A stretch of DNA of 63,083 nucleotides, filler included, from Octopus bimaculoides (GCF_001194135.2; 6 parts of 6 records of this genome joined end to end with filler, not necessarily neighbours in it), one strand, 5' to 3'. Positions 49,242-63,083 are shown, counted from the whole stretch's first letter. Notes: a model not told the origin generated them from the letters alone. Made by a program: numbers and translations.

Positions 49242-49578
49242 CGTATGTTCGTGCGTTCGTACGTATGTATATAGGTATATATGTATATATGTATATGTAT
49301 GTATGTATTGTATTTTTGTATGTATGCGTGTTTGTGTTTATGTATATATGTATCGCGTTGTATGGCTTTCAAACACTCGTATTCTCTTTCAAAATGATCA
49401 CAAAATATTAAAATATTTGTAATTATATGCTTTACTTCCGGGTAAGGTGAGTGGGCGATAGTTCACTTCAGTAGGCGACACCAATGCTTTCTGTATGCAT
49501 ATATGTGTGTGTTTGTATGTGTATGTGTGTGTATATATGTGTATGTGTGTGTGTAGTACCGCCATCACCAAAACACCA

Positions 49579-49579
49579 T

Positions 49580-49644
<65 letters not shown>

Positions 49645-49645
49645 T
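49579..49645. repeat. (TAC)n microsatellite
   Basis: About 21 units; source of the poly-Y, poly-L and poly-V ORFs. Confidence 0.95.
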
Positions 49646-51387
49646 TGTTGTTTTTTCCGTTTCATTTTGTACTTTTGTTTTCTTCGTTCTTTCCACTTTT
49701 TCCAATTTCAGAAATTCGCAGAATGTTCCCACGACTTTAGCTTGTAATTTTTTTTTTTTTTTTTGGTCTTTGGTAGGAGAACACATTTTGGCACTATCTT
49801 TGGCTCTCAGGTGCTTTTAGTAGACAGCACTCTGTTACAGGCATCCAGACCAATCATCCGAATTAGGGGCTTTATCTTACTTAACTACGCACCGTTATCT
49901 TTACGCTTGCCGATGACGCAGGATAATATGTCCAAATACCCTGGCCAATTCTTTCCATAAAACCAATAAAATCCGTACCATCTTTATTCCAAAGTCAGAA
50001 GCATTATTAACATTGAGGTTATTATCATCGTTTTTATCTCGATCATTAAACATTATCTAATGCAATATGTTTTAGACGAATACCTGCTATATTGGAACAT
50101 CACTAGAAGTTATACGAATACTCGAGATATCCATCGAACAGATAACGCATAAATCACTTCCACTTTATTTACTACGGCTATCAGCTTCTGGAGGATATAA
50201 ATTTGATATATATATTACGCTTCTATCACACTCACTGTCTGCTTCTTTCATGCTTTTACCTCGATACCAACCGTATGAGTTTGATTCTGTTTTCCCCGTT
50301 TTATACTGCACTTGGCCTATATAAATATATTATACTATTTTATATAAACAAACTTCTATATTTTTGTGTGTATACACACATACATACATACTTACACATA
50401 CATATGTATATATATATATATNNNNNNNNNNATATACACACACACACATCATACACACACACATACATTAATATAAAGAGCCAGGCGCAATGTGATAGCT
50501 AAAGGAAAAATTCAATCGTCACTCAGTGTAACTAACGATGCCGAAGCACTTGCATTGCTAGAAATAAGAGTTAAAATATACTCTTATGTGCTCTAAGAAG
50601 AACGCGAATATATACATATACTGACAAAGAAGTTAACCAATGTATGACCGCCATAAAGTAACATGATAATGCATTACTTCTTGATCTTAGTCAGAAGGCC
50701 AGGCCAAAATCCGAAGTACCCCAAAATAACGTATGTGTGGATGTGTGTTTGCACGGGCGCGTATATGTGTGCATGTATGTGCGCGTGCGTGCGTATGTGT
50801 ATGTATGTGTGTGTGTGTGCATGAATGTATGTATGCATGAATGTATTTGTTTGTGTAGATTACTATGCGTTAGCAGCACAATATTTGTGTGAAATCTTAT
50901 TTTAATTGTCTCTCCTAGGAAATTTGTAGTAGTAGGCCTCAGTCAAGACGTGCAAAGTGAAGTTCAGAATGGAGGAACCTTGGGAGCCTGAAAAAATAAA
51001 CAGGAATTAAATTATGCTAGGATTTTCTTCGTGTAAGACCCGCCAATATAAATGTTCATGTCACGGAGACGCTAATCTTAAGCATTGTCAGGTACCTGCA
51101 GAGTTTTTAGAAGAATATCTTTGAGGCTTTGAGGTCATTGCTAATTGCTTTAATTTTATCGTTTACAAACGCCGACTTAGAAAAAATATCGTGCAAATCC
51201 AAATGTTAATGGAAAAGTTTGTTAATCAATTAGAGAGAATTTCAGTGTTACACGGTCTTAATCGTTTGTTATACATAGCAGCTGTTGCATGTTACATATG
51301 TAAGCTGTTTTCTGATTTAGATGAAAGTAGTTCCTTGAAATGACTCAGAAAGATTTCAGCTTATGTCAGACGTATTTTCCCTGGTCT

Positions 51388-51427
<40 letters not shown>

Positions 51428-51474
51428 CGTTTTTGATTAAATTTTGATTAAATCCTAGGAAACCTTGTCAGTAA

Positions 51475-51885
51475 GTGTAGGTCCTGATGCCATATGGGCT
51501 GCATATCTTTTGTATCTTTTCGGAGAGGTCTTTCACATAGGGTAGACAGACTGTGGACAGTTTATTGGTTTCATCTTCTCTTTTCTTCATAATTGGAGTT
51601 GATAGGATGTTTTGTGGGTAGTTGTGATTTCATAGATTGTTACTGAGCTTGATCATTTCTTCGTGGTGGGTATCACGATCGCTACTTATATTCTTTGCTC
51701 CAAGTTTTAGGCACTGAGCAATCCCTCTCTCTACACTGTATGGATGGTGGGAATCGAAGTTGAGGTATCGTCCAGTGGAGGTCGGCTTGCGGTATACGGA
51801 TGTCCTGAATCCATTCTTGGTGTGTGTTATTAATACGTCCCGGAATGTCAGCTGATTGTCTTTTTCCTTTTCACAAATTTCCTGC
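51475..51885 (-). mobile_element. Penelope-like element RT thumb/linker fragment
   Basis: EKEKDNQLTFRDVLI..TSVYRKPTSTGRYLNFDSHHP..NYPQ..LPYVKDLSEKIQKICSPYGIR. Confidence 0.85.
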
Positions 51886-51889
51886 GAAA

Positions 51890-52125
51890 TTCAGGATCAT
51901 AACACATAAATAGATGCAGCACAATTTCTTTACCTCAACAGACCCTGCCCTATTTAACATTGTCCCAAAACAGATGACAGAAGGAAACGATCTCACCACC
52001 TTTAAACGGAATCTGGACAAATTTATTCAAGGAATACCAGATAAGCACCTATATTTGGCTAGAACTCACTCAACAAGAATCCCCTACTCGAATGGATTAT
52101 GGTACCACAAAACTTCACTTAAAAA
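51890..52125 (+). mobile_element. CR1-group LINE 3' end
   Basis: NFFTSTDPALFNIVPK..FKRNLDKFIQGIPDK. Confidence 0.7.
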
Positions 52126-52750
52126 GGATTTCGCGAATCCTCTCAGGTTAAATTAGATATGACCTAGACCAATCTTTGGTGGAAAAATACATGTTATCTA
52201 AGTTATATATATATANNNNNNNNNNNNNNNNNNNNNNNNNNNNNNNNNNNNNNNNNNNNNNNNNNNNNNNNNNNNNNNNNNNNNNNNNNNNNNNNNNNNN
52301 NNNNNNNNNNNNNNNNNNNNNNNNNNNNNNNNNNNNNNNNNNNNNNNNNNNNNNNNNNNNNNNNNNNNNNNNNNNNNNNNNNNNNNNNNNNNNNNNNNNN
52401 NNNNNNNNNNNNNNNNNNNNNNNNNNNNNNNNNNNNNNNNNNNNNNNNNNNNNNNNNNNNNNNNNNNNNNNNNNNNNNNNNNNNNNNNNNNNNNNNNNNN
52501 NNNNNNNNNNNNNNNNNNNNNNNNNNNNNNNNNNNNNNNNNNNNNNNNNNNNNNNNNNNNNNNNNNNNNNNNNNNNNNNNNNNNNNNNNNNNNNNNNNNN
52601 NNNNNNNNNNNNNNNNNNNNNNNNNNNNNNNNNNNNNNNNNNNNNNNNNNNNNNNNNNNNNNNNNNNNNNNNNNNNNNNNNNNNNNNNNNNNNNNNNNNN
52701 NNNNNNNNNNNNNNNNNNNNNNNNNNNNNNNNNNNNNNNNNNNNNNNNNN

Positions 52751-52781
<31 letters not shown>

Positions 52782-52884
52782 GTATATATGAACACCTACG
52801 TTATTATGAATATGTACATGCTTATATGTACGAATCCATGCACAAGTACAAACCACGCACACACACACACACACATAGACACAC

Positions 52885-52939
<55 letters not shown>

Positions 52940-53794
52940 TGTGAAAGCGTGATAACATATTCACTTTCCATTAAAGACACAAGATAACATTCATTGATTG
53001 GCAGCTCTTATCAGGAAATACGCGTAAAATCCATATTGATTTTTACGTATACTCCTCGATAGGCATTTACAATCAATGAATTATATGGCGTGTATTTGAC
53101 GGTAAGTTCACATTTTCTCACGCTTCTTCATATAAATACTGTTTTTACAGCATCTTCTTGTAAGTAGTATAAGTTTTAGCGCTTATCGTTTTGTCGGTAT
53201 ACCTAAATCTCAAATGAGTAACCGCAAATGAGTAACCTCACATGGAAGCAAACCCCGTCGATTTATATGAAAACCTGACAGATGCAAGAAACAGGAGAAA
53301 AAGCTCCAACGATGCAACCTTTATTAATATTATATTCCGTTAGCTTAAAACTTGCAAATAACTTGCAGATACAACGGTGATAATGCTGTGATAACCCCAG
53401 AGAAAATATATATGGCATTGATTAATTGAGTAGCTATAAATGCACAATATAGAACCAAAACATACGTTTTTGTCCTTCGAAGCTAGGAGGCACAGGACAC
53501 AGCATTATCATCGTTGTATTTGCAAGTTAAACGAAACTTTAAAAAGTCGTATGTTAGGTCGTTGAACTGCAGTCTATTCATATCTAGATCGTTTAGTTCT
53601 AGCCTTCAGTTTTAGGGCGTTACACTACATGTTGAAATAACAGAACTTACATACCGACTTGAGAATTTTGGCATTTTATGATAAAATATAGTTTACGAAA
53701 TACGCTGTTTGATGAATACACATGTTTTTTACAGATGTATACAGCTTAGAATATACACTTTTTATTGTCTTTTAAATGTCTTGTCTATTGGATA

Positions 53795-53946
53795 CGAAGG
53801 GGTTCTGAAAATTTCCTGACTATATGGGCGTCGTGAAATGGCTGATTGGAGATCCAACCTTCCGAGTTCTTTCAAAGGGTTTAGAAAAACCGCAGGATCA
53901 CTACAATGAGTATGTGAATGGAAGGGAAAATAAGTTGGATAATTCA
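53795..53946 (+). mobile_element. Mariner-derived MITE, left part
   Basis: TA-CGAAGGGGTTCTGAAAATTTCCTG TIR-like start; KGLEKPQDHYNEYVNGRENKLD resembles the mariner C-terminal GIEKL..RW.KCV...G.Y.E. Confidence 0.6.
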
Positions 53947-54290
53947 TATATATATNNNNNNNNNNNNNNNNNNNNNNNNNNNNNNNNNNNNNNNNNNNNN
54001 NNNNNNNNNNNNNNNNNNNNNNNNNNNNNNNNNNNNNNNNNNNNNNNNNNNNNNNNNNNNNNNNNNNNNNNNNNNNNNNNNNNNNNNNNNNNNNNNNNNN
54101 NNNNNNNNNNNNNNNNNNNNNNNNNNNNNNNNNNNNNNNNNNNNNNNNNNNNNNNNNNNNNNNNNNNNNNNNNNNNNNNNNNNNNNNNNNNNNNNNNNNN
54201 NNNNNNNNNNNNNNNNNNNNNNNNNNNNNNNNNNNNNNNNNNNNNNNNNNNNNNNNNNNNNNNNNNNNNNNNNNNNNNNNNNNNNNNNNN

Positions 54291-54353
<63 letters not shown>

Positions 54354-54664
54354 CGCGCGCGTGTATGTGTAGATGATGATGACGGACTCTCCCGGTGAAT
54401 TCGATTCGAAGTATGAGTGTTGAGGACTTTTGCCGGACAACTTGCGCAAATGCTTTGTTTATAGTGGTCATATGTATGTGGCGTACATTAGCTCACTCTC
54501 CTCCATCAAATCGACGTTGCCTGAAAAGATGCACGATGTGCTGTGTATTCGGCGTCGAAGTGATTCTAGAGCAACGTGAGATGAAATTATTTGCTCAAGA
54601 ACACAACTCAGCACCCTATCTAGGAATTGAAACCGTGATCACGCGATCGTGAGTGCAACACTCT

Positions 54665-54764
<100 letters not shown>

Positions 54765-55064
54765 ATGTAATGATATATTTATGGTTGCGTTCAATAGTTT
54801 TTCACTGGGAACAATCACACATCGCTCTATTAATCTTGTCCAATTTACGATGGTGGCTGATGTATAAATATTTCACGGATGGAGGCCACTGGATTAATAT
54901 ATAAATGACAATTAGCTTCAGGTGTTGAGTTTAAATAATTTCACGCATCTGAAGAAATTATAAGTAAACTATTCCAGCGTATTTTCTGTAATTACAAATC
55001 GGAGACAATGAATTCTATTGTGAAAATGACTACTTTACTGATAATAACTTTGAAATCTATTATT

Positions 55065-55069
55065 ACTAC

Positions 55070-55136
<67 letters not shown>

Positions 55137-55155
55137 GTTATTGTTGTTGTTGTTG
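55065..55155. repeat. (ATT)n grading into (GTT)n
   Basis: Direct inspection. Confidence 0.95.
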
Positions 55156-55632
55156 TTATTGTTATATGTATTTCGTCTTATTGCAAACTTCTGTGTAGAA
55201 AATTTACTTTTAGCAAAATAGCATCCCTTCAATTCTAATCAATGCAATCTTTATGTAGCTGCGTAGCGCCAACTTCAGCCCTTATGGAATAGACCTACGA
55301 CCAAAATCCTTCTTACTCTGATCATCCTCGTATATTTTCGTCCGCGTATTCTCATAGACATCATATTCCTCTAAGTATTCTTATCTAAGTGTTTGATTCA
55401 AATTAAATTTGTCTCCTCTTTCTAGTAGATTGAATGACCAAGTAACTATAATATCAGTGTGGTAGCAACCATACCATCATCAGCAGCAGCGGTGGCAACA
55501 GGAGTAGCTAGAGTAGTAGTAGTATGTTTAGAAAGGTTCATTATGAGAATTGCATTTATCACATCTGTATAAGACTTGAACCCATCGCAGTAAATCCTGA
55601 TTGTTTGGCTTCGTCATTTTGTGTCAAAGCGC

Positions 55633-56195
55633 GGATCTATTTTAAAACGGGGGCCGCATTTTTCATTAATGCTTTACGTAGTGTTTTTGGTACGGAAAGA
55701 CTTTCAAACTTCGTATACTTATCTATTTTGTGTTATAGAACAGAAACATATTTTTGTATTCGAATTTATTTCATGTAAAAAATTGTCTTATTTCGATAAT
55801 TTCAACCAATCACTGACAAGTATTCAGTTGTTTACATTTACTCCTTTGGCTGATTAAGCGATGTAAAGCGTATTTAATCTCCATACCTTCGTTTTATTTG
55901 CTTTTTTCATTTTAAATTTGCTTTAACCCTAACCCTAACCCTAGGGTTATTGTTAATTGTTTCAGAATCGTTTGTTTATGTAGTCGGCACTTAATATATA
56001 TCGGCTGAATGGACGTCAGTGATTGGTTGAAATTACAGAAATACGACAACTTTCACATGGAATAACTTATGGATTTCTTTTTTTTTTTAAGAAGACTAAG
56101 AGAAAAAGATGTTTTATATGACACATTCTACCAGTGTTCCAAGTTTCAAAGTGTTTCGTTAATGAAAAATGTGGCCCCCGTTTTAAAAAAGATCC
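55633..56195. mobile_element. Merlin-like MITE (GG termini, 8-bp TSD) with internal telomeric repeats
   Basis: TIR GGATCT(A/T)TTTTAAAACGGGGGCC(G/A)CATTTTTCATTAA; CAAAGCGC at 55625-32 and 56196-203. Confidence 0.8.
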
Positions 56196-57117
56196 CAAAG
56201 CGCAATAAACAGCCCAGATAACTCTTTAACCAGTTTTACCTCGAAATGATCGGTCATACTGGAGCACCACCATTGAAATACTTGTAAAAAAATATTGAGA
56301 CTGTGTTAATAATGTTTCGACAAGGGTCACACCGATTGTCAGAACCGAACAATATTCCTCAGTAACATCGCAACTTTGAGTGTGGTATTGATATTACTGC
56401 TACTGTGGTTGTCGCTGTTGTTTTGCTCTTGTCGTCATGGACGTTAATGCTGTTGAATAGCCAGACGTAGTTGTATGAACAAGTTTTTAACTGATAGTCT
56501 ATAAAACCATGGCTTCAGATAGAAAAAAGAAACCATCTTTTAGATAAATTTGTAAAGACATTGCTTTGTTTCAGCATAAACTATTCTTCATAGGAATAAT
56601 TCAGATGATTAGTGAGAGGTGAAAAATGTGCATGGCAACATTATACATGAATAGATACTTGCATATATATAAGCATGTATTAATAAGCAAAAAGGTGTGT
56701 GTATGTGTGTGTGTATAGGGATCTCCGCATTACGGATATAGCAATGAATTCCTGGAAATGTGAACGTAATATGAAATCCTGTGAAGAGTAATCGATTTTG
56801 GTGATTTAGTTTTGATGTTGGCGATGATGTTAATGGTGTGACAGTGGCTATATTGTTCTTGTTAGTTGTGGTGTTGTTGCTTTTTAGTCTCAAGTCAATA
56901 CAGTAGGGCACTCCATTATCTCATGAGTGTCTTATTTAAGATGGAGTAGCTCATTTTATTTATACCCTTGTTGTTGTTTATCATGAAGGAGCTAATAGAT
57001 TAATATTGGCGGTGATTCGACTAGTTTTGATGTTAATGGTGGTTGCGTTATTGGGCTTGATAGACAATGGTGGTGGTGATGGGTGATTGATACATACGAT
57101 AGGTAGATAGATAGATA

Positions 57118-57155
<38 letters not shown>

Positions 57156-57469
57156 AAGAGAGAGAGAGAGAGAGAAAGAAAGAGAGAGAGAGAGAGAGAC
57201 ATTAATTCCTACATAACCAAAAGAATTACAAAAACATCCACACAGATATTCAGAGTGAATTTTTCCATCTTACGATTTGCACCCATTTAATAGTGATACA
57301 TACACAAACATTTAATTGCACTCAAAACTACACACGAGCGCACACATACTCGCACNNNNNNNNNNNNNNNNNNNNNNNNNNNNNNNNNNNNNNNNNNNNT
57401 TAATTAATTAANNNNNNNNNNNNNNNNNNNNNNNNNNNNNNNNNNNNNNNNNNNNATATATATGTGTGT

Positions 57470-57680
57470 GTGTGTGTTTGTGTGTCTGTGTTTGTCCCCC
57501 CAACATCGCTTGACAACCGATGCTGGTGTGTTTACGTCCCCCGTCACTTAGCGGTTCAGCAAAAGAGACCGATAAAATAAGTACTAGGCTTACAAAGAAT
57601 AAGCCTTGGGATCAATTTGTTCGACTAAAGGCGGTGCTCCAGCATGGCTGCAGTCAAATGACTGAAACAAGTAAAAGAGT
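57470..57680 (+). mobile_element. SINE family A tail, young copy
   Basis: CpG-intact tail ending gactgaaacaagtaaaagag. Confidence 0.85.
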
Positions 57681-58709
57681 ATATATAGCATTGTTATTTT
57701 CAACTCTGTGTGTGTGTTACTACTAATGTGAATATATATGTGTGTGTGTGTGTGTGTGTTTGTATCTATATAGTGTTGTGAACACTATACTAAAAGCATA
57801 AGCCAGTATGTACAGAATACAACTGTAAGTAGAAAAACTTTGGTCAAGTGAGATTAGTAGCTGAATGGAAGATTTATTAGTGGTGATGGTGGTGGTGCTA
57901 CTGTTGACCACTGGCAGCAATAAATTATGTCCTGCAACTGTCTAACTGAATCTAATAACATTCAGTCTGGGCCAACATTATTGACCTTGAAACTGTCAAT
58001 GCAACATAATATTGTCATGTATCTTGGTTGGTGCTGGTTTAAAGGTGGTCAGGTGTGGTGTGAAGTTTGTTGTGGTGTGACTGTTGCTATATTGATTTGG
58101 AGAGGTGGGGGGGGGGCAGTTGATTAGATCGACTGCAGTATGCAACTGGTACTTAATTTATCGACCCCTGAAAGGATTCAAAGGCAAAGTCAACCTTGGC
58201 AGAATTTGAACTCAGAACGTAAAGACAGACGAAATACCACTAAGCANNNNNNNNNNNNNNNNNNNNNNNNNNNNNNNNNNNNNNNNNNNNNNNNNNNNNN
58301 NNNNNNNNNNNNNNNNNNNNNNNNNNNNNNNNNNNNNNNNNNNNNNNNNNNNNNNNNNNNNNNNNNNNNNNNNNNNNNNNNNNNNNNNNNNNNNNNNNNN
58401 NNNNNNNNNNNNNNNNNNNNNNNNNNNNNNNNNNNNNNNNNNNNNNNNNNNNNNNNNNNNNNNNNNNNNNNNNNNNNNNNNNNNNNNNNNNNNNNNNNNN
58501 NNNNNNNNNNNNNNNNNNNNNNNNNNNNNNNNNNNNNNNNNNNNNNNNNNNNNNNNNNNNNNNNNNNNNNNNNNNNNNNNNNNNNNNNNNNNNNNNNNNN
58601 NNNNNNNNNNNNNNNNNNNNNNNNNNNNNNNNNNNNNNNNNNNNNNNNNNNNNNNNNNNNNNNNNNNNNNNNNNNNNNNNNNNNNATATATATATACATA
58701 TACATATAT

Positions 58710-59047
58710 ACGACGGGCTTCTTTCAGTTTCCGTTTACCAAATCCACTCATAAGGCTTTGGTCGGCCCGAGGCTATGGTAGAAGACACTCGCCCAAGATG
58801 CCACACAGTGGGACTGAACCCGGGACCATGTGGTTGGTAAGCAGCCTACTTACCACACAGCCACTCCTACGCCTATAATATATATACGGCAAGTTTCTTT
58901 CAGTTTCTGTCTACCAAATCCACTCACAAGGCTTTGGTCTGCCTGAGGCTATAGTAGAAGACACTTGCCCAAGGTGCCACACAGTGGGACTGAACCCAGA
59001 ACCATGTGGTTCATAAGCAAGCTACTTACCACACAGCCACTCCTACA
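58710..59047 (-). mobile_element. Two tandem SINE family A heads
   Basis: 58710-58875 and 58885-59047, each with A and B boxes. Confidence 0.85.
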
Positions 59048-59337
59048 TCTGCACAATTTTTTATTATTTGTCTTTTATGCATAATATTCTCTTTCAAACT
59101 TCATCTGACATATGTTTCCTCTGCATGGATATCTTGTTATGTGATGTTCTTTTGCATCCTATTTATTCAGCTGCATTCAGGTTTCTTCCTGGTTAAACAC
59201 TTTTCCATGCAGCTTCATTCATAGCATTGCCACATGTTGGTATTGCCTACCTTAAATAATCCCAGGTTATTCCATATCATTCAATGCAGTTGGCCAGAAG
59301 AGAGAGAGAGAGATAGTGTAGGAAGCCCCTCGTGTAC

Positions 59338-59375
<38 letters not shown>

Positions 59376-61238
59376 GTGCGTGAATGTTGAGATCCGAGTT
59401 TGTGTAGATAAAAAAAGTTTTTATGATATTTCCATTCCTTGTTGACATAATGGCTGGTCATTCTCCATTTTGAAAAATTTGAGGGATAAAAAAAAAAAAA
59501 AGCCCCTTACTTGAAAAACTGATAAGAGTCGGTGACAGGAAAAGCATCTGGCCATGACGTCCAGCCTCAAATGCATTCCTGTCTAACCCATGCTAGCATT
59601 GAAAAACAGACGTTAAACCTATGAACTGAAGTTGTGTATACATACATACAAACACACACACACACACACACACATATACATGCACACAAGCACGTTGGTG
59701 TAGAAGTTGTCATCTGAAGTGCATAGTTTTGTTGTGTAAGGTGTTGCAGTGCGGTGGTGATGGTGGTGGTAATTGAGTTGTAATAGTGAAAGAGGTGTAG
59801 TGAGAGGTTGGTGGGTGAAGCACAGGTTAGGTTACCATGGCAACACCATTGATTTTTCTGTCACTTCCATATTCCGCTATTAACCTCTTTTGTTTTTATA
59901 GAGTTCTTGAAATCTTAATACTGCAACCATTGATAACACTTCTGGTGACATTGGCTGTTGTAAATACATTTCCACATACATATACACGAAAACACATATT
60001 CACACACACACACAATTAGTTTATACATACATATACATACACTCACACTTGTATATAATTAGCTTTTACATACACATATAATTGGTTTAAACATACATAT
60101 ACATAAACCTGCATATAATTGGTTTGTACATACACACATGGTCAATTGTTTTATACACAGACATGCACACAAATTTTATATATATGTATATATATACACG
60201 TTTACGTCAACATCATTGGTTTGTAAATACATATATATATATATATATACACACACACATATATTATTTTATGCATGCATATGTCATCTTCACCGTCGTT
60301 ATGGTCATCACCATCATTGTTTTACAGGTGGTGGTGGTGGTGGTAGCAGCAGCGGTGGTGGTGGAGGTGAGATCTTTGTGTTGGTTGGGGTTGGCTGGGT
60401 CTATTTCAACACGTTGTCAGTAACCTGTCATAATTCTACAACATCCTATATATATATATGTATATATCATCATCATCATCATCATTTAACATCCGCCTGC
60501 CATGCTAGCATGTGTGGGATGGTTAATATATACACATATATATAAAAAGGGAACAAAAACGCAATAGTGCAATAAAACATTCAGACAGATAGACAATACA
60601 AGGTGGACAAGAGAAACAACAATTAGAAGGACAGGCAAAAAAAGATGGGTCGTTCGTGCCCTTCTTTCATCAGTCAAGTCCCAGAAGTCATGACTGTATC
60701 GGGCAGTTACACTTTAGACGGTTCGATCTGGTTGCCCTCCCAAAAGTCTAAGCTAAGAGCATTAGACCCCTTTGTAAGAAAGCTAGCGAATGTGTGCAGC
60801 AACAAAGACAAAATACGGAGAACATGGTACAGAAAAAGACAAAAAAAAGGAGAACATGGTCCACAATTATGAATACAAACAACAAGAAAATAACAACAGG
60901 TGTCTTTCGACGGGAATGAATCAACTTGAGTTGGCATGCATGAAGTGAAGGCCTATATATATATGTGTGTGTGCGTGTGTGTGTGTATAAGGAAAAGAAA
61001 ATGCATATCAACATTCATTCTCATAATAATAGGTATATATGTGTGTGTGTATGTACATATATATATATATAAAAACAAATAGTAAAAGAGTATATGCATA
61101 TATACGTACAGGTATGTGCATACCGACATCCACCTGTATGTATAGGTGCATATCTGGGTACAGGACATTGCAAACAAAACGTAGACGAGAAAACACAAGC
61201 CACATAGAGAACATTCTTCTTCATCAGCTACCCCCTAA

Positions 61239-61273
<35 letters not shown>

Positions 61274-61584
61274 CAGTTGGCAAGAAAGTAATTTTGTTTT
61301 TCATAAATACATAGTTATGATTGTTTTGAATGACTTTTATCAATGTTATGATTTTTTTTTTTCCTTTTGACATTTGATAGCCGTTACTTTTAGCTTATTT
61401 TAGAAGCAAATTGCAGGTAATTTTGTTTACAGCTGTTAGTTCATTGTCAGTGACATCACAACTCGTTTCTACAGCTCAGTGAACTGGAGCTTCGGAAAAT
61501 AAAGTATCTTGCTCAAGAACACAACACACGGCCCAGTCCAGGAATCGAACTCACTGTCTCATGGTTGTGAGCCCAATACTCTAA

Positions 61585-61631
<47 letters not shown>

Positions 61632-61837
61632 TATATATCATGAATATGGTTGCCTGCACTCACAATCACACAAAAAAACCCTTTGATATAAGAAACAAAT
61701 AATGTTTATTTTACACACAGGCACACACACACACACANNNNNNNNNNNNNNNNNNNNNNNNNNNNNNNNNNNNNNNNNNNNTTAATTAATTAANNNNNNN
61801 NNNNNNNNNNNNNNNNNNNNNNNNNNNNNNNNNNNNN

Positions 61838-62735
61838 ATATATATATATAGACGATGAGCTTCCATACAGTTTCCGAATACCAAATTCGAAAACTGTACG
61901 GAAGGTATTGGTTGGCCCCGGGCTAAAATGCAATACACGTACTCAAGGTACCTCACTGTAGGGGCAAAATTCTAAACAATATGGTAGCAAAGAGAGCCGC
62001 TTAACCACAAAGCCATGCCTGCCTCTATTTGCATATGCATACATGCATACAACCATATACATATACGCACATGCATACATACATACATAGACACATGCAT
62101 ACATACATACATATATGCATATGTACATATTTATATATATAAATAGATGCATGCACGCGTATATACATACACGCATAAATGCATACATACATGCATACAG
62201 GCATACGTTCATACATACACGCATTCATGCATACATAGATGCATGCACGCATNNNNNNNNNNTACGTTCATACATACACGCATTCATGCATACATAGATG
62301 CATGCACGCATACATACATACACACACACACACGTAAATGCATGCATACATACACACATGCATACATATGTACGGACATGCATGCATAGGTATGTACATA
62401 CACACATGCAGGCATACATACATGCACACATACAAACATGCATGCATACATACATATATACATACACACATAGAAACTTACATACATACATGTATGCATG
62501 CATACATTGATGCACAGCGACAGACATTCATACATCGATATGCACATATATACATACATGCTTGCATGCATGTATGTATATATATATACATATACATACA
62601 TACACACATGCACACATACATAGATCTACAAACATACATGCACACATATATACATACATGCATGCGTACATGCATGCGTACACACACACACACATACATA
62701 CATACATACATGCATACATACATAGGTATGAATAA
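61838..62735. repeat. Decayed SINE head followed by complex (CATA/CATG/CA)n satellite
   Basis: Direct inspection; source of the many overlapping H/T/Y/C/V-rich ORFs. Confidence 0.85.
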
Positions 62736-63083
62736 TATAACACAAAGATTGAAGATGTAAGGCTTCAATTGTAGTGCACAACATTTATTTCTGCACTTTA
62801 CTCCAGTTTTAAGTTGCGTTTATATTCATATATTGAAGCTGGTTCACTGTGCAGAAACAAATGTTGCGTTCTACCATTAAGTCCTGACATTCTTCCTCCT
62901 CGTGTTATATCATTCTTATATTAATCTTATGCAAAGAGGAGTTCTGCGTGTGTATCCAGCCCTGGAATATACCCCAGTGTAAGATATGTGGTAGCCAAAA
63001 AAGAGTTCTTAAATGCACGTTACAAGTTTTTTATCCGAATTATACATACACACACACACACACACATTCATACATACATACAT

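Noticed and set aside
53063-53159. Plus-strand exon candidates AFTINELYGVYLT (53063-53101) and HLL (53151-59)
   Set aside because: The 49-nt intron is very short, there is no GDPD1 similarity and no supporting exons; unresolved.
60640-60680. Minus-strand CTGATGA..GAAC motif as a hammerhead (also CTGATGA near 61215)
   Set aside because: GAAA core incomplete and no stems I-III can be drawn.

Overview
AT-rich, microsatellite- and transposon-dense animal genomic DNA. The repeat families look like those of Octopus (inference from remembered repeat motifs; not checked by search). The window has many N gaps, five of them 100-bp spacers carrying an artificial TTAATTAATTAA six-frame stop, so it is six joined segments. 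Recognisable host genes: the last coding exon of RBM42 (+, 5890-6002) and exons 1-2 of GDPD1 (+, 37220-37343 and 46320-46362). A hand-built chain of about 12 phase-compatible exons suggests an unidentified minus-strand gene between them, head-to-head with GDPD1. Mobile DNA: several tRNA-derived SINE families, a decayed Helitron with its 3' hairpin-CTAG end, a deleted mariner nested in a piggyBac-like MITE, hAT and Merlin-like MITEs, and RTE, CR1-like, Jockey-like and Penelope fragments. Best candidate for something new: an intact minimal type I hammerhead ribozyme with a long structured stem II (minus, 3279-3407). A second copy of its downstream flank (48061-48292) begins at the predicted cleavage site, and related decayed motifs occur elsewhere in the window. 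Almost all ORFs in the supplied track are microsatellite or N artefacts.
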